From Craspedostauros australis (Eukaryota): DNA of 55,480 nucleotides. Made by a program: the position numbers and the translations under genes. Each line of letters starts with the position of its first letter. Position 1 is the stretch's first letter. The stretch covers positions 1-55,480 of the forward strand of contig JALAGF010005425.1 in assembly GCA_030167865.1 (NCBI GenBank). Direction: 5' to 3'. The notes beneath the pieces are model-generated. The model was given only the letters and a program-made list of their open reading frames with translations. It had not been told where the DNA came from and did no database searches. This document shows, piece after piece, positions 44,890 through 55,480 of the stretch.

Positions 44890-46380
44890 ATGACAAAAAT
44901 GGAGATGGCAGCGATGCCGCGGCGCTCTGTGGGCAACAGCCTGATGCTGAATCTGCTCGTGATGTCCGCGATGACATGCTGCCGGTCATTCTCTATCGAT
45001 TCAAGCCGCTCCCGCTTGGCACGCAGTTATCCTTCGAACTATGGAGGAGCGTACAGGAGGCATCATCCTCAGTTCGCGCAATCCGTGGATGGGGAAACAG
45101 CGGACGGCGGCAGTGCGGCGTCGATGGATGATGCAGCGAAGATGCTTGAGGAGATCCGATCGATGCGCGTCAAGGCGCTCAAGACAGAGCTGGACCAGCT
45201 CAGCATTTCCACGAAGGGTCTCTTCGAAAAGGAGGAGCTTGTGCAACGTGTGCTCGTCGCGTGGCAGCAGGGTCGCAAACCGCCTTTGCAAACGACGACG
45301 AATGATGATGACAATGCTTCCGGCCAATCGGCCGATGGATCCTTCACCGCGCCGCTCTACGTCACGCCCCTGGACAAGGATATTAAAATTGATGCCACCA
45401 GCATGAACGGCGACGTCACCATCAAGCCAGATGAGCAGTCCTACCCCTCGGTGCAAATGGAGGTGGATGCCGCATCGCCCTTCGTGCTGAACCTCGTCCT
45501 CGACACGGCCTGTTCTGGATTCGTGGTGCGACCATCCGTGGTGGAGAAGCACAATCTCCCCAAGTTCTCCAATCCAGTCACAATGACGGGCGCCGGTGGT
45601 GTGGGTGACAGCGTCGGGCTGACGCAGATTGAGAAGTTCCGCATCGGCGGGCAGGGCGAGTTTGCAGGTCGCTCCTTTGGGTCGTTGCCGGCGGCCGTGA
45701 AGGATATCAACGGCTTGCCGGCGGCGGTGGATGGTATCATCGGTCTTTCCTTCCTTGGTCAGTTCGGCGCGATGACGATGGACTTTGAGCAAGGGCAGAT
45801 TCAGTTTCAGAGTCGCGAAGCGGCTGCCGCCGCACAGCCCGATGACGCGTCCCTGCAAACGGTCACCGAAGGCAACATGACGCTTCTACCGATAGGCGTT
45901 TACTCCGTTGACGTCTGGCTTGGAAGCCGGGGGCCCGTCAAGATGATCGTGGACAGCGGCGCCACCGACACCTTCTTGAACTGGAAGGGTGTGGAAGATC
46001 TCGGGTTGTCGCGTTCGTCCAGCAGCTTCGTCGAACCCATCCACAATCCCATGGGTGCCTTCGGCACCGACAACGTCGCGATGGAATTAACGCACCGCAT
46101 CCACGTTAGCAGCACCTTGAAGTTGGGTTCGCCATCGGATGTTGACAAGGCCGAAGGTGTGTCGTTCAAGGGCGATTCCAAGCGATTGGCGATCGACATC
46201 GGAGACATTGCTATTCTGGATCGGCTCAAGCCGCAGGGGATCGGTGGCATTCTGGGCATTGACGCCCTGCTGAGATGTTCGGCGGTCCGATTCCACTTCC
46301 AGGCCAGGACGCCGAAGATGGAGCTTCTCATGAAACAGCCGTCCCCAGAGAAGCAAGGACAAGAGCAAGAACAAGCGTAG
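44890..46380 (+). CDS. Two-domain retropepsin-like aspartyl protease with N-terminal presequence and LEM/SAP-like helical motif, up to 496 aa
   Basis: LVLDTACSG...DGIIGLSFL and MIVDSGATDT...GGILGIDAL form two clan-AA lobes. IRSMRVKALKTELDQLSISTKGLFEKEELV is a helix-extension-helix-like motif. A hydrophobic signal ends CRS-FSI. Confidence 0.85.
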   Translation: MTKMEMAAMPRRSVGNSLMLNLLVMSAMTCCRSFSIDSSRSRLARSYPSNYGGAYRRHHPQFAQSVDGETADGGSAASMDDAAKMLEEIRSMRVKALKTELDQLSISTKGLFEKEELVQRVLVAWQQGRKPPLQTTTNDDDNASGQSADGSFTAPLYVTPLDKDIKIDATSMNGDVTIKPDEQSYPSVQMEVDAASPFVLNLVLDTACSGFVVRPSVVEKHNLPKFSNPVTMTGAGGVGDSVGLTQIEKFRIGGQGEFAGRSFGSLPAAVKDINGLPAAVDGIIGLSFLGQFGAMTMDFEQGQIQFQSREAAAAAQPDDASLQTVTEGNMTLLPIGVYSVDVWLGSRGPVKMIVDSGATDTFLNWKGVEDLGLSRSSSSFVEPIHNPMGAFGTDNVAMELTHRIHVSSTLKLGSPSDVDKAEGVSFKGDSKRLAIDIGDIAILDRLKPQGIGGILGIDALLRCSAVRFHFQARTPKMELLMKQPSPEKQGQEQEQA

Positions 46381-48793
46381 AATACAGGAGAGCATGGGAG
46401 TGTTCACGAATGCTGAGTCAGAGTCTGATGGATATGATTTGCGATTTGCGAAACAGCACAGTCTTCTTCCATTCCTGTATTTCCGCAGCTCTAACTACTA
46501 TAACATGAGAGAACCTTGATCTGCGCCTCTAGCACAACATCATTCATACGGGGTGATATGTTGCGATAGGAACCCTGTTGAATACTACACGGCATGGGAA
46601 GTGCTCCGTCACAATGATGAGCTTTTGGCACGGGCGGCGAACTCAAATCTAGACTTCTTTGCTGGAGTGTTAGTGTATCCTTCTTGTTATGCTATTGAGG
46701 CTTGATGTCTCTCTCTGTTCCCCCAAATTGACATCCCCCTTTTCAGATCATTCACGCTTTCGTGTTTCGATACTGTTCAATAAAGATATTTTAATGCGAT
46801 TTCACTCAGAGTTCGCATTGAGTTGGAATCGACTTATTTTAGGGAGGTGGGGTATAAATGGTATTATTTGTTATAACAATATTTGATGTTGTGACAGCGT
46901 TTGACAAGTGAAGGAAAGCACGCAACTTGCTGTTGACACAATTGATGTTGCGGTGCCAAGACCAAACAATCACAAAACAGAACCCTGGCATCCTCCTTCT
47001 CGATCTCAGTCGCTGAGCCTTGATGCGGTTCCTTGCCCGAGTGTGGCGTCGCTGCGTCGCTTCTCGGAGCACATGTCATGAACTTCTCATCGTGGCCCCA
47101 CACGCCATTCTGCGTAAGAGAATGTGGAGGAAGCCTTTTGCCTCTCCGCCCACTGACATCCATGTTCCCGTTCTCTTTCTGCCAACTCTCCGCTCTCTGT
47201 CCCCGAATGAATGGATCCGAATGGAGGCGATATCACAACCGTCCCCTTCGTGAATGATGCGGCCACCACGGATGTATTTGGCTTCGCACGGAGGTACAAT
47301 TCAGCCCAATCCACAATGCGTCGTCACCAGTACAATCTATCAGTCTGGGTGTGTGATCCTGATCCATTCCATCATTCATTTGTTGGTGACTGTTTGTACC
47401 CCGTTCTACCCGAGGAAGCAAGTGGTTTGTCCAATGGATCCGATGGGCTGCTACACTGGTCGTGAACCGGCAGAGGAAGCTCGATGACAAAAGTGGCCGC
47501 TTCGTCGATATCGAGCTTGCCGCACGGACAATCACTGGAGAGAATGCATCCAACAACAGCCCACCATGGGCAGCGAAACGCAAATCCAGCAATGACGATG
47601 TGGAGACCAGCAGCGACCACGCATCGAACGAACATGGTGCAACAGCAACAACCACGACAGCCCAAGCGTCGCCTCCTCACCGCGTGGGATGATTGCAGGG
47701 AGGAGGTATCGCGGGTAGTGATCCGAATTGGCTAGGGTCGTTCTGGCTGCGGCCCGCAGAGAGTCGTGACAGGGTGATGAGAGGCTATACGCACGAATGA
47801 TACACGCGAGGACATGACCTGCGGGAAGCAAACTCGCTTCGACTTTCCGCAATGAGGACATGAGGCAAGATGGATCAGATAGTGAGCGAGCGAAGAGTGA
47901 GCCTGGCCAGAGAGGTCCCAAGAAAGTGCAAGTACGAATGACTCTCACTTGACGACAGAAACAGCAATTGTGCTTCCATGGCAGCCGAGTGTCACCTCAG
48001 AGTACGCATGGCAGAGTAGCAAGGGACGTCACCCACGCTTGGGTTGCGTGGTCCCAAGCATCTCGTCCCACTTCTCCAGTGCTGGTGCCTGTGCTCATCT
48101 GCTTGTCTCTGTGACTCATTGGCGATGGCTGCGGACGGAAACGTGAAACATGGCGACAACTGCCTTCGGATTGGCCCCGAGCCGCCATGTGTTCGCTGTT
48201 CGTTCAGTCTTCGTGCAGGCCGCTTTCGCAAGGATCGCATGACCGTGTTCCAACATACGCTACGCCCCTTCTCTGCGTCTGCGTGAAGCACCACTCGGCG
48301 ACCGTTCGCTGTGGCATCTTGTTGGGCTGTGCTCGCACTTGTTGGGTGACGATTGTGATGGGCGATGATGGTGAAGGTGGCAGCGCACCACGCCCTGTCT
48401 GTTGCTGTCGCTTGCGCCTTCGCGTGGCAGACACTCTGTGCTTTGCAAAGGCACAAGGAGTGTCTTGTAGGACTATTGCATGACGATCTGTCCCTCACAT
48501 CCAATTAAATACAATCATATATAATACAATTCAGTTCAGTCGCAGCGTTTCTGATGGAATAGAGACAAGTACCATGTTCAAGCATTCTTTGAGGTGGGCT
48601 TTTCAAAATCGTTTCAGGCTCTAGCAATAGTATTAGAAAGAGTACTGGTGCGGTAAAGTGATTTGGGGTCTGTGACAATCACCAGTCTCCTTTGCTCCGT
48701 CGCTGATAGTTATGCACACGCGGCCTCCGCCATTTATCGTGCGAGTGCGCGCTTCTGTTGCTGTGCTGGTATTGCCCAAGTGGCAGGTCCAGT

Positions 48794-49936
48794 TCAGATG
48801 GAAACCACGGGTGTTCCTTCGACGCGAGTGCCAGCCATGTCCATGCGCTCGGTTGGCGATGGCAGTCTCTTGCGGTGTCTTGGCTTTGGTGGGGACAGAA
48901 TGTCGCAGAGATCCAAGGCCTCTTCGACGTGCTTCAGCGTGCATGCAGTGCGATCCTTGCGGATTCGGTTGGTGGCACGCCGTGGCATGTTGCCGGGATT
49001 CAGCATCTTCTGCCTGGGGCTGTAGCGAGTCTTTGTCCTGTCCGTTCGATCCTGTTTGGGAGAACCGAAGGTCGAGCACGAGGAGCCTGAGCAATCGGAC
49101 GCGAACGACATCGCCGTGGATGTGGATGAGTAGGACGAGCAGGACGATGATGAAAATGATGGCAGCGGTGCGCCGTGCGGTGGTTTCTGCGCCCGCTTGG
49201 CGTTCTTGTTGGTGGAAGCTGCCGGTGGGACGTCCTGGAGAGAGACGCTGCTGTCGGAGGCGTCTTCATCGCCCATGATCTGCGCGGCGAGGAGCATGGC
49301 CTGGGATGTTGATTGTGGATCCACGCTGAGCGGCGAAACGCGTCTCAGCGATTTGACTGGCGGCAACGATGATGGATCCGCAGGTCTCGTGTTGTTGAGA
49401 GGAAAGGTGGGTCGCCTTGAGAGGACGCTTCCGTTGCGGCTGCCGCTGTTGTTGCTGCTGTGGTTGAGACGCGGTGATGGCAAGTTGACCATCGGAGACA
49501 GCGATCGTGTGGCGAGTTTGCGGACGATCAGCGTGGGGCTCGCATCGAATGGCATGCTGCCGCTGGTGATGCTGCTGTTGGTGCTGCTGTTCATACTTGC
49601 CGTGCAGGAGGAGGATCCTCCGGAGCTGAGGGAGGCGGATTCCCATCGCGAGTCCTTCTTCGTGTGATCGGAAATGTCCAACGATTCCAGCGTGCGCGTG
49701 GGACGCCTGCAGCTGCGCGTGCGAGCCTTGTCCCTCGAGTTGCTGGTGCTTCGGAAAGCAGGTGGCATGGAGTTGGATTTCGTCGTCAGATGGCTGGGAT
49801 CCTTCATCGAGCGCTTGCGGCGGCGTGGAGGAGGTCGGGAGCCTTGGGCGTTGTCAGAGACGATCGAGATCTGCATGCTGTCGATGTCGCTGCCGATGAT
49901 GTGCTCCTTCATGAAGAGGTATAGCGGGAGAGTCAT
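48794..49936 (-). CDS. Ser-rich hypothetical protein of the diatom 'IVSDNA...SRW' type, 380 aa
   Basis: Long ORF after an ACA-rich leader. The ISIVSDNA and DSRWES motifs in low-complexity sequence are a pattern I recall as common in pennate diatom proteomes. Confidence 0.72.
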   Translation of the reverse strand: MTLPLYLFMKEHIIGSDIDSMQISIVSDNAQGSRPPPRRRKRSMKDPSHLTTKSNSMPPAFRSTSNSRDKARTRSCRRPTRTLESLDISDHTKKDSRWESASLSSGGSSSCTASMNSSTNSSITSGSMPFDASPTLIVRKLATRSLSPMVNLPSPRLNHSSNNSGSRNGSVLSRRPTFPLNNTRPADPSSLPPVKSLRRVSPLSVDPQSTSQAMLLAAQIMGDEDASDSSVSLQDVPPAASTNKNAKRAQKPPHGAPLPSFSSSSCSSYSSTSTAMSFASDCSGSSCSTFGSPKQDRTDRTKTRYSPRQKMLNPGNMPRRATNRIRKDRTACTLKHVEEALDLCDILSPPKPRHRKRLPSPTERMDMAGTRVEGTPVVSI

Positions 49937-51611
49937 GTTGTTGTTCGTTGTTGTTTGGTTGTGGTTTGATGTACTTGGTTGTGGTTTGATGTACTTGGTT
50001 GTACTTGATGGATTGTTTGTGTTATGAGCTCCCTTGCGATGTGATGATTGCTTTGCGATGCTTTGTTTTGTGGGATTTTGGTGCTTCTGGTTTGTGCTGA
50101 GGTTTGAATTGTGGGTACTTTGTCATCAGATCCCTTCGCTCGGCCACTGATTCCGGTTTTGGTTGGTGGTGCGTGCTCTGCGTCATAGATCATGGCACGT
50201 GTGCGTAGTGGCGCCGCGTCGATACTCTGCGTGTGGGTTGGTTTGGCGGGTATGACTTTTACTCTGTGGCTGTTCGCACCTTCGAGGCGATCCTGCGTTT
50301 TCTCTCGCTGAGAGCAATTGTCTAGCGTCCCAACGCCAGTGCTCAGACTTCCGCGGAGGAGTTCTGCTGTTTCTGAAGTGCGTGAGTGTGGTTACTTTGG
50401 TTGTCGCTGCGCTTCTGTCCTTCGGCTTTCTTCCCTGTTGAGGTTAGCTATCATGATGTTGTTGTCCACAGAGCCACCGGAACCGCTGCGATTGTGCGCA
50501 TTGGGCTTTGTTTGATCTCGTGAACATCATGCGTTGCGCTACATTCCAAGTTGGAAAAGTCTCGCCCGCAAACGACGTCGTCCAAGAACTCACGCGACGT
50601 TCTTTGACCCCAAGCGACAATACCGGATGTTCTTCGTGAACGCTATTCATCAGACACGCTGAATTCAACTCCGTAATGAATATCCCATGGACTGTTGTTG
50701 GGAAATTGCGGCAGCACACAATTAGACGGAACCGGAAATGAGTTACTTATCGTCTTGATATCAGGTGTTGTATGCGATATTGAACAAGTGAACGTCGGTT
50801 AAGTATGATAGTCCGAGGTTCCTGTTCGCGAAACACTTTGCACGACACAAAAAATGATGCAGATTTTCTCTTGGTCCAAGGAGCTGCGTCCCTGTGACTT
50901 CGAAGACACTCCGGTCGCATTTGGCACGAGGTGGCGAATTGCGCCACGCAGTTTCATTCACGCGGGCACAATGCAAGCCACCTTCCCGAGTAGTTGAGAC
51001 AGACTGGCGACATTTGGTTACTCCTACTATACATACTTAGCAGCGAGCACAGATGGATGAGTTGACAGACAGATCTGTGAGCGAGTAGATGAAGGGGCAG
51101 CAGCATGGCCAGACAGCAGTGGGTTGGCCGCTTCATGCTTCCGTACAAAGTCCTCGAACGGAGACGAATCGGACTCTGCGACTTCGCCGGTCCATCGGTC
51201 AGCTGGATGGCAGGAGAACACTTGTCTCGATGGCGAGCGCCGTGGAGCCCAATTTGGAGTGCAGGGCAGAGGAGAGCAGGTGTGTCATTTTTGTGTTGCC
51301 CTCTGCCATTGCATACGCGAACTACACCTAATCTCATCCTTCGGGTGAGAGTTGTGCCCCAACCAAGACCATGGCAAAGACATGGGGTCATTGGCACAGC
51401 GAACGTGATCAGAGTTGAAGAGAGAGAGAGAGAGTGCTGTCGGAACGGGTGGGGATGAAGCCTATCCCCTGATTGAGAAACGTGCCAACAATTGGTTCGT
51501 TCTGACATTCGAAGACGAACTCTCCATGTCTTGGCCAAACCTGTTTTTGATGCGTTGCCGTTGTTGCTGTTCTGGTGGTACAGTGTATGATCGTATGGCA
51601 TGGCACAGCAC

Positions 51612-53050
51612 AGGGGGGGAAGGGAAAACGGCGTTTTTTTCGAATCGCGACTCAGAAAGAATAGAAAGTGGGTCCATTGTTGCCATTTTCCGAATTTTCT
51701 TGGTCTTCGTTGGAATCAGCCATTTCATAGGTTTTGCTGTTACTTTCCTCGTGTATTTGTAACTGTTCTCGGACTTGGGACAACAAGCCCATCATCCATC
51801 TCGACTTCGTCCGCAATTTCCATCCACACTTCCACATGGTCCTCCCTGTAGCAAATAATTGTAGTCCAGCCTACCATACTGATAATGCAAGTTGCTTCTC
51901 TCTTCCTCCCCCTGCATGCAATGTACAGTGCTTTTTCTGTTGTTATTGTACCCTATAGACTATAATCCATAACTATTTGCCACAGGTGCTTGCATACCTG
52001 CGGCATTTACAACACATGAGTTATTCAGTGGTAACGGATAACGTAGGTAGGTCTTGCCTTGCTGTTTGGTTGCATACAATTGTGTATGCCACTGCATATG
52101 TAATGTACACTCAGGAGACACGCGTGGTGGCACCAACTGCCGTTGCAGTGACTCATATGAGGCATGGTGGGAGTGTGATGATGCTGGAGGATGTTGGATG
52201 CAGATGGTGTACCGTGCAGCCATGCTGGATGCTCCGGAGAAACTGTGGCCTTTGTATGCAGCTTGCCATGTGTCATGGCTAGCACCCACTCTGCTAGAAT
52301 TGGCTAGGTTCCTGGTAGGTGCTGAGCACGCTTACACAGGGTGGGAACGCATAGATCTTCAAGGCAGGTCTACAAAGGCATAGCAATAGACATTCATGCG
52401 CTTCGTCATGATGCCGCACTTGCCTTCCTTTTCGAGCTTGTGACTTGGGCTTGACCATTGTTGTAATTCCACATGCCATGGCTCATGTGTCGCTTTGGCT
52501 TGCCAGTGGAAGGGCTTGCGGTGCTGCAATGATCCAGCAGGGTTGCAACTGTGCATTCTCCACATTGTCAACCATGCTGTCCATATCAGGCAATCTCAGC
52601 CCACTCTTTTCCAAGACTCTTTGATGATGTTGGTCGACATGCAGTTGCTTCCTTCGCTGTAGTGCCGCCTTGCTTCAGGATGCAGAGGGTTTTGACAAGG
52701 ACTTAGGTCCCATCTCCAAGGAGCTTGGCCGCATCTCCATGAACCTCAACGATCGTATGGTGTGCCAGACTTGTTTGATGCTGGAGTCCAAAACTACCTG
52801 GATATATGCATGGTTGTTGTTCTTACGTTGTTAAAGCAGCTTTTTCTTGTTCCTCCATGTGTTTGTCAACAACACAATCATGATGGCATACAAAGTGTTA
52901 TTGCCACTGTTGCTTCTCCTCTTCCTCGTCCTTGTCTTCACCTTTGGAGAGCAGAATCGCTACTCCAGTCCACCTTGGTTTGGTCTCCGATACTTTCTCG
53001 GCTGGTGCGGCCAACTGCACTATCTTTTCAGAAGTTGCGGTGACAAATAA
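51612..53050 (-). mobile_element. Degraded transposon-like relic (possibly MULE-type C-terminal region)
   Basis: Abrupt shift to CpG-poor, TG/CA-rich sequence from ~51850. Broken-frame fragments CLC...FPPC, SHDTWQAAY, LVPPRV and CKCRRYASTCGK occur in the order expected for SWIM/linker/zinc knuckle. A G-rich possible terminus lies at ~51612. The assignment is weak. Confidence 0.3.
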
Positions 53051-53120
53051 ATTGATAAGCACTTGGTGTTGTTGTTATTCTAAAGTTTCATGGATTATTG
53101 AATGTGCTTATTGTTTATTC

Positions 53121-54173
53121 CTATGGTTCCACCAGGGAATCCAACCAATCATCTGTCTCTTGGATGATCCCCATCGTTTCAGTGAGGTTAAACAGTGGAT
53201 TTGTATGCTTCAGTTCCAACTGCGTGATTGCGGCTACCGAGTACATTGCATACTGGTGCTTCTCCAGTAAGTGCCGCCATTTTTGCTTCAGGCACTTCCA
53301 GTTCTTGAACCTTTTGTGTNNNNNNNNNNNNNNNNNNNNNNNNNNNNNNNNNNNNNNNNNNNNNNNNNNGAGTGCGATCCAAGCAGCAGCTTTGCTCACC
53401 TCTGTACCCACGGTCAGCAACAACCTGTTCCAAAGGATCCAACGCATGTAGCAACTTCCGCCGATAAATGTTGATGTCTGGCCACTCCCCACAAGGATAC
53501 GGTCCGTCCACCCACACAAGGTGCCCTTGTGCAATGGAAACACAAGTTTCGTATCGGAGCCCGGCAGCTTGGAATTTGTGGGAATACCAGCCCGGGTCAT
53601 ACAATGTAGGCTCCATGATGGGGAAGTCTGTTCCATCCACGGATGTCATTGTGGTTGTTCCTGGCGGGCATCCTATTCTTCGATCTTCAAAACATATCTG
53701 CAATAGGATCAACATGTGTCAACATTGGAAAAGACAGAGATTGTGAGAGACAAGGTATGCGGCTGATCAATTGCATTGTGGGTGTTGCAGTTTGGCGGAT
53801 GATGTTCCAAAGTTGTGGCACTTACAAGTTCACGGCTGAGGAGTCCCAATGCACGAAGCATAATCCAAGTCCACTTCTGTACAGTTTTTGCATCCTTTCC
53901 CATCTGTCCAGCCAGCACTCCCCATGTCGGATATTGTTTGAGAAACATGAGAGCGCACAATAGGTGTTCCATTGTTGCATTGAAGGGAAGCAAGTCCTCC
54001 TCATTCAGTAAATCCCATGCCATTGCTGCCACTTTCGTGTGGGTACCAAAGTTGCTTCGGAAACACGTTTGCACACTATATGGTGGTGAAGTCTGGAGTC
54101 TGGGATCAATTGCTTGGCCCAGAAGCTCCATGCCTTTGCATGCAATGGTTGTCTCGGTTGTGTCTGATGACAT
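53121..54173 (-). mobile_element. PIF/Harbinger-type (DDE_Tnp_4) transposase gene; exon 1 54173..53826, intron 53698..53825, exon 2 53697..53121 spanning an N gap
   Basis: FRSNFG...HLLCALMFLKQYPT...KTVQKWTW (HTH-like); SVDGTDFPI, WYSHKF..AGLRYE, GPYPCGEWPD.NI and VADRGYRGE; after the gap KRFKNWKCLKQKWRH...VAAITQL. The intron CTT|GTAAGT...TTGCAG|ATA is phase 0. Confidence 0.9.
53320..53369. other. Assembly gap (50 N) inside the transposase
   Basis: Run of N characters. Confidence 0.99.
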
Positions 54174-54450
54174 TCTGATGTGTCTTGGTATACGAACAAG
54201 ATGGAGAACGAAATTGTGGCATGAAGCAGAGGAATATCTAATTCAGCAACAGAGAGAGGAAAACATACAGGGAAAGTGCTGCTATTGTTGGTTTGTTCAG
54301 AACACACAATAACATGCACAATTGAGCATGATGTTTCGCTTTTTGGTGTTGGCTGTCTGTGCCTGTTTGGACCTGGGCAAAATTGACCTGCATTCAAAGA
54401 CACAGAGGAGGATTGGACATGCTGTGTTTGATTGTGCCCGATCAATTTCG

Positions 54451-55480
54451 TACGTGTCTGTCACGTCCGTGCAGTATTGCCGCAACAAACCGGGAACAGA
54501 GAAATGGCACACAGGGCCAATCGTACCAAGTAGTGATACGTGCAACGTCAGAAAGCACAGACAGACATGCTAAATCGTACCGAACGAAGAGGACAGGTAC
54601 ACACAGACGAAAATAAAGAGCAAGAGAACCGTGTTGGTTTGTGCACGACCAAATTTGTAAGCGCTATGTAGTACGTGTCTGTCACGTCCGTGCAGTATTG
54701 CCGCAACAATCCGGGAACAGAGAAATGGCACACAGGGCCAATCGTACCAAGTAGTGATACGTGCAACGTCAGAAAGCACAGACAGACATGCTAAATCGTA
54801 CCNAACGAAGAGGNCAGGTACACACAGACGAAAATAAAGAGCAAGAGAACCGTGTCGGTTTGTGCACGACCAAATTTGTAAGCGCTATGTAGTACGTGTC
54901 TGTCACGTCCGTGCAGTATTGCCGCAACAAACCGGGAACAGAGACATGGCACACAGGGCCAATCGTACCAAGTAGTGATACGTTCAACGTCAGAAAGCAC
55001 AGACAGACATGCTAAATCGCACCGAACCAAAAAGAACAAAACACACAGACACGTAAAGACACAGGCAAAGAGCAAGAGGATTGTGACGAATTGTGCACGA
55101 CCGATTTTGTACGCGTTATGTAGTACGTGTCCCTGCAGTATTGTTGCGACAAACCGTGCTCGGAGGTGTGACACGCAGAGGCCTAATCGTACCAAGTAGT
55201 GATACGTGCAACGTCAGAAAGCACAGACAGAAACGCTAAATCGTACCGAACCAAAAAGAACAAAACAGACAGAGACGTAGAGACACAGGCAAAGAGCAAG
55301 AGGATTGTGACGGATTGTGCACGACCGATTTTGTACGCGCTATGTAGTACGCGCTATGTAGTACGTGTCTGTCACGTCTGTGTAGTATTGTTGCAACAAA
55401 CCATGCATGGAGATGTGACACACAGAGGCCCAATTGTACGAGGTAGTGATACGTGGAACGTATGCAAGCACAGACAGACA
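54451..55480. repeat. Tandem repeat, ~221-238 bp unit, at least 4.5 copies, running off the window
   Basis: Unit starts (TACGTGTC) at 54451, 54672, 54893, 55124 and 55362. The first copies are near-identical and later ones diverge. Confidence 0.95.

Noticed and set aside
44890..46380. Aspartyl protease as part of an LTR retrotransposon
   Set aside because: No gag, RT, RNase H, integrase or LTRs; it has two protease lobes and a targeting presequence.
54451..55480. Tandem array as a CRISPR array or as repeated small ORFs
   Set aside because: Whole units repeat with no unique spacers, there are no cas genes, and the context is eukaryotic. The short ORFs are by-products of the repeat.

Overview
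Eukaryotic nuclear DNA, most likely from a (pennate) diatom. Evidence: short GT-AG introns, bipartite signal peptide + 'ASAFAP'-type plastid presequences, a DUF6824 protein, an 'IVSDNA' Ser-rich protein and frequent ACA/TTG microsatellites. I can support about 16 host protein-coding genes: a tandem pair of plastid-targeted ferredoxin/metallo-beta-lactamase-fold genes; two divergently transcribed paralogs with an NTF2-like DUF3804 domain in long disordered sequence; a DUF6824 protein; STRAP/unrip; a CPP1-like plastid J-like protein; a membrane/GPI-anchored subtilase; SF3A2; a split DUF938-like methyltransferase; a secreted Cys-containing protein; a CDK10/11-like kinase; a COG4880-type beta-propeller protein; a two-lobed retropepsin-like protease; and three hypothetical proteins. 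The right end is transposon territory: a PIF/Harbinger transposase with one intron and an assembly gap, a CpG-poor degraded relic, and a ~221-bp tandem repeat. The best candidate for an undescribed system is SF3A2. It lacks its own start Met and is fused behind a divergent, insert-split ubiquitin-like leader ending in GG, which suggests Sde2-style proteolytic activation. All family assignments come from motif recognition by eye; no database searches were run.
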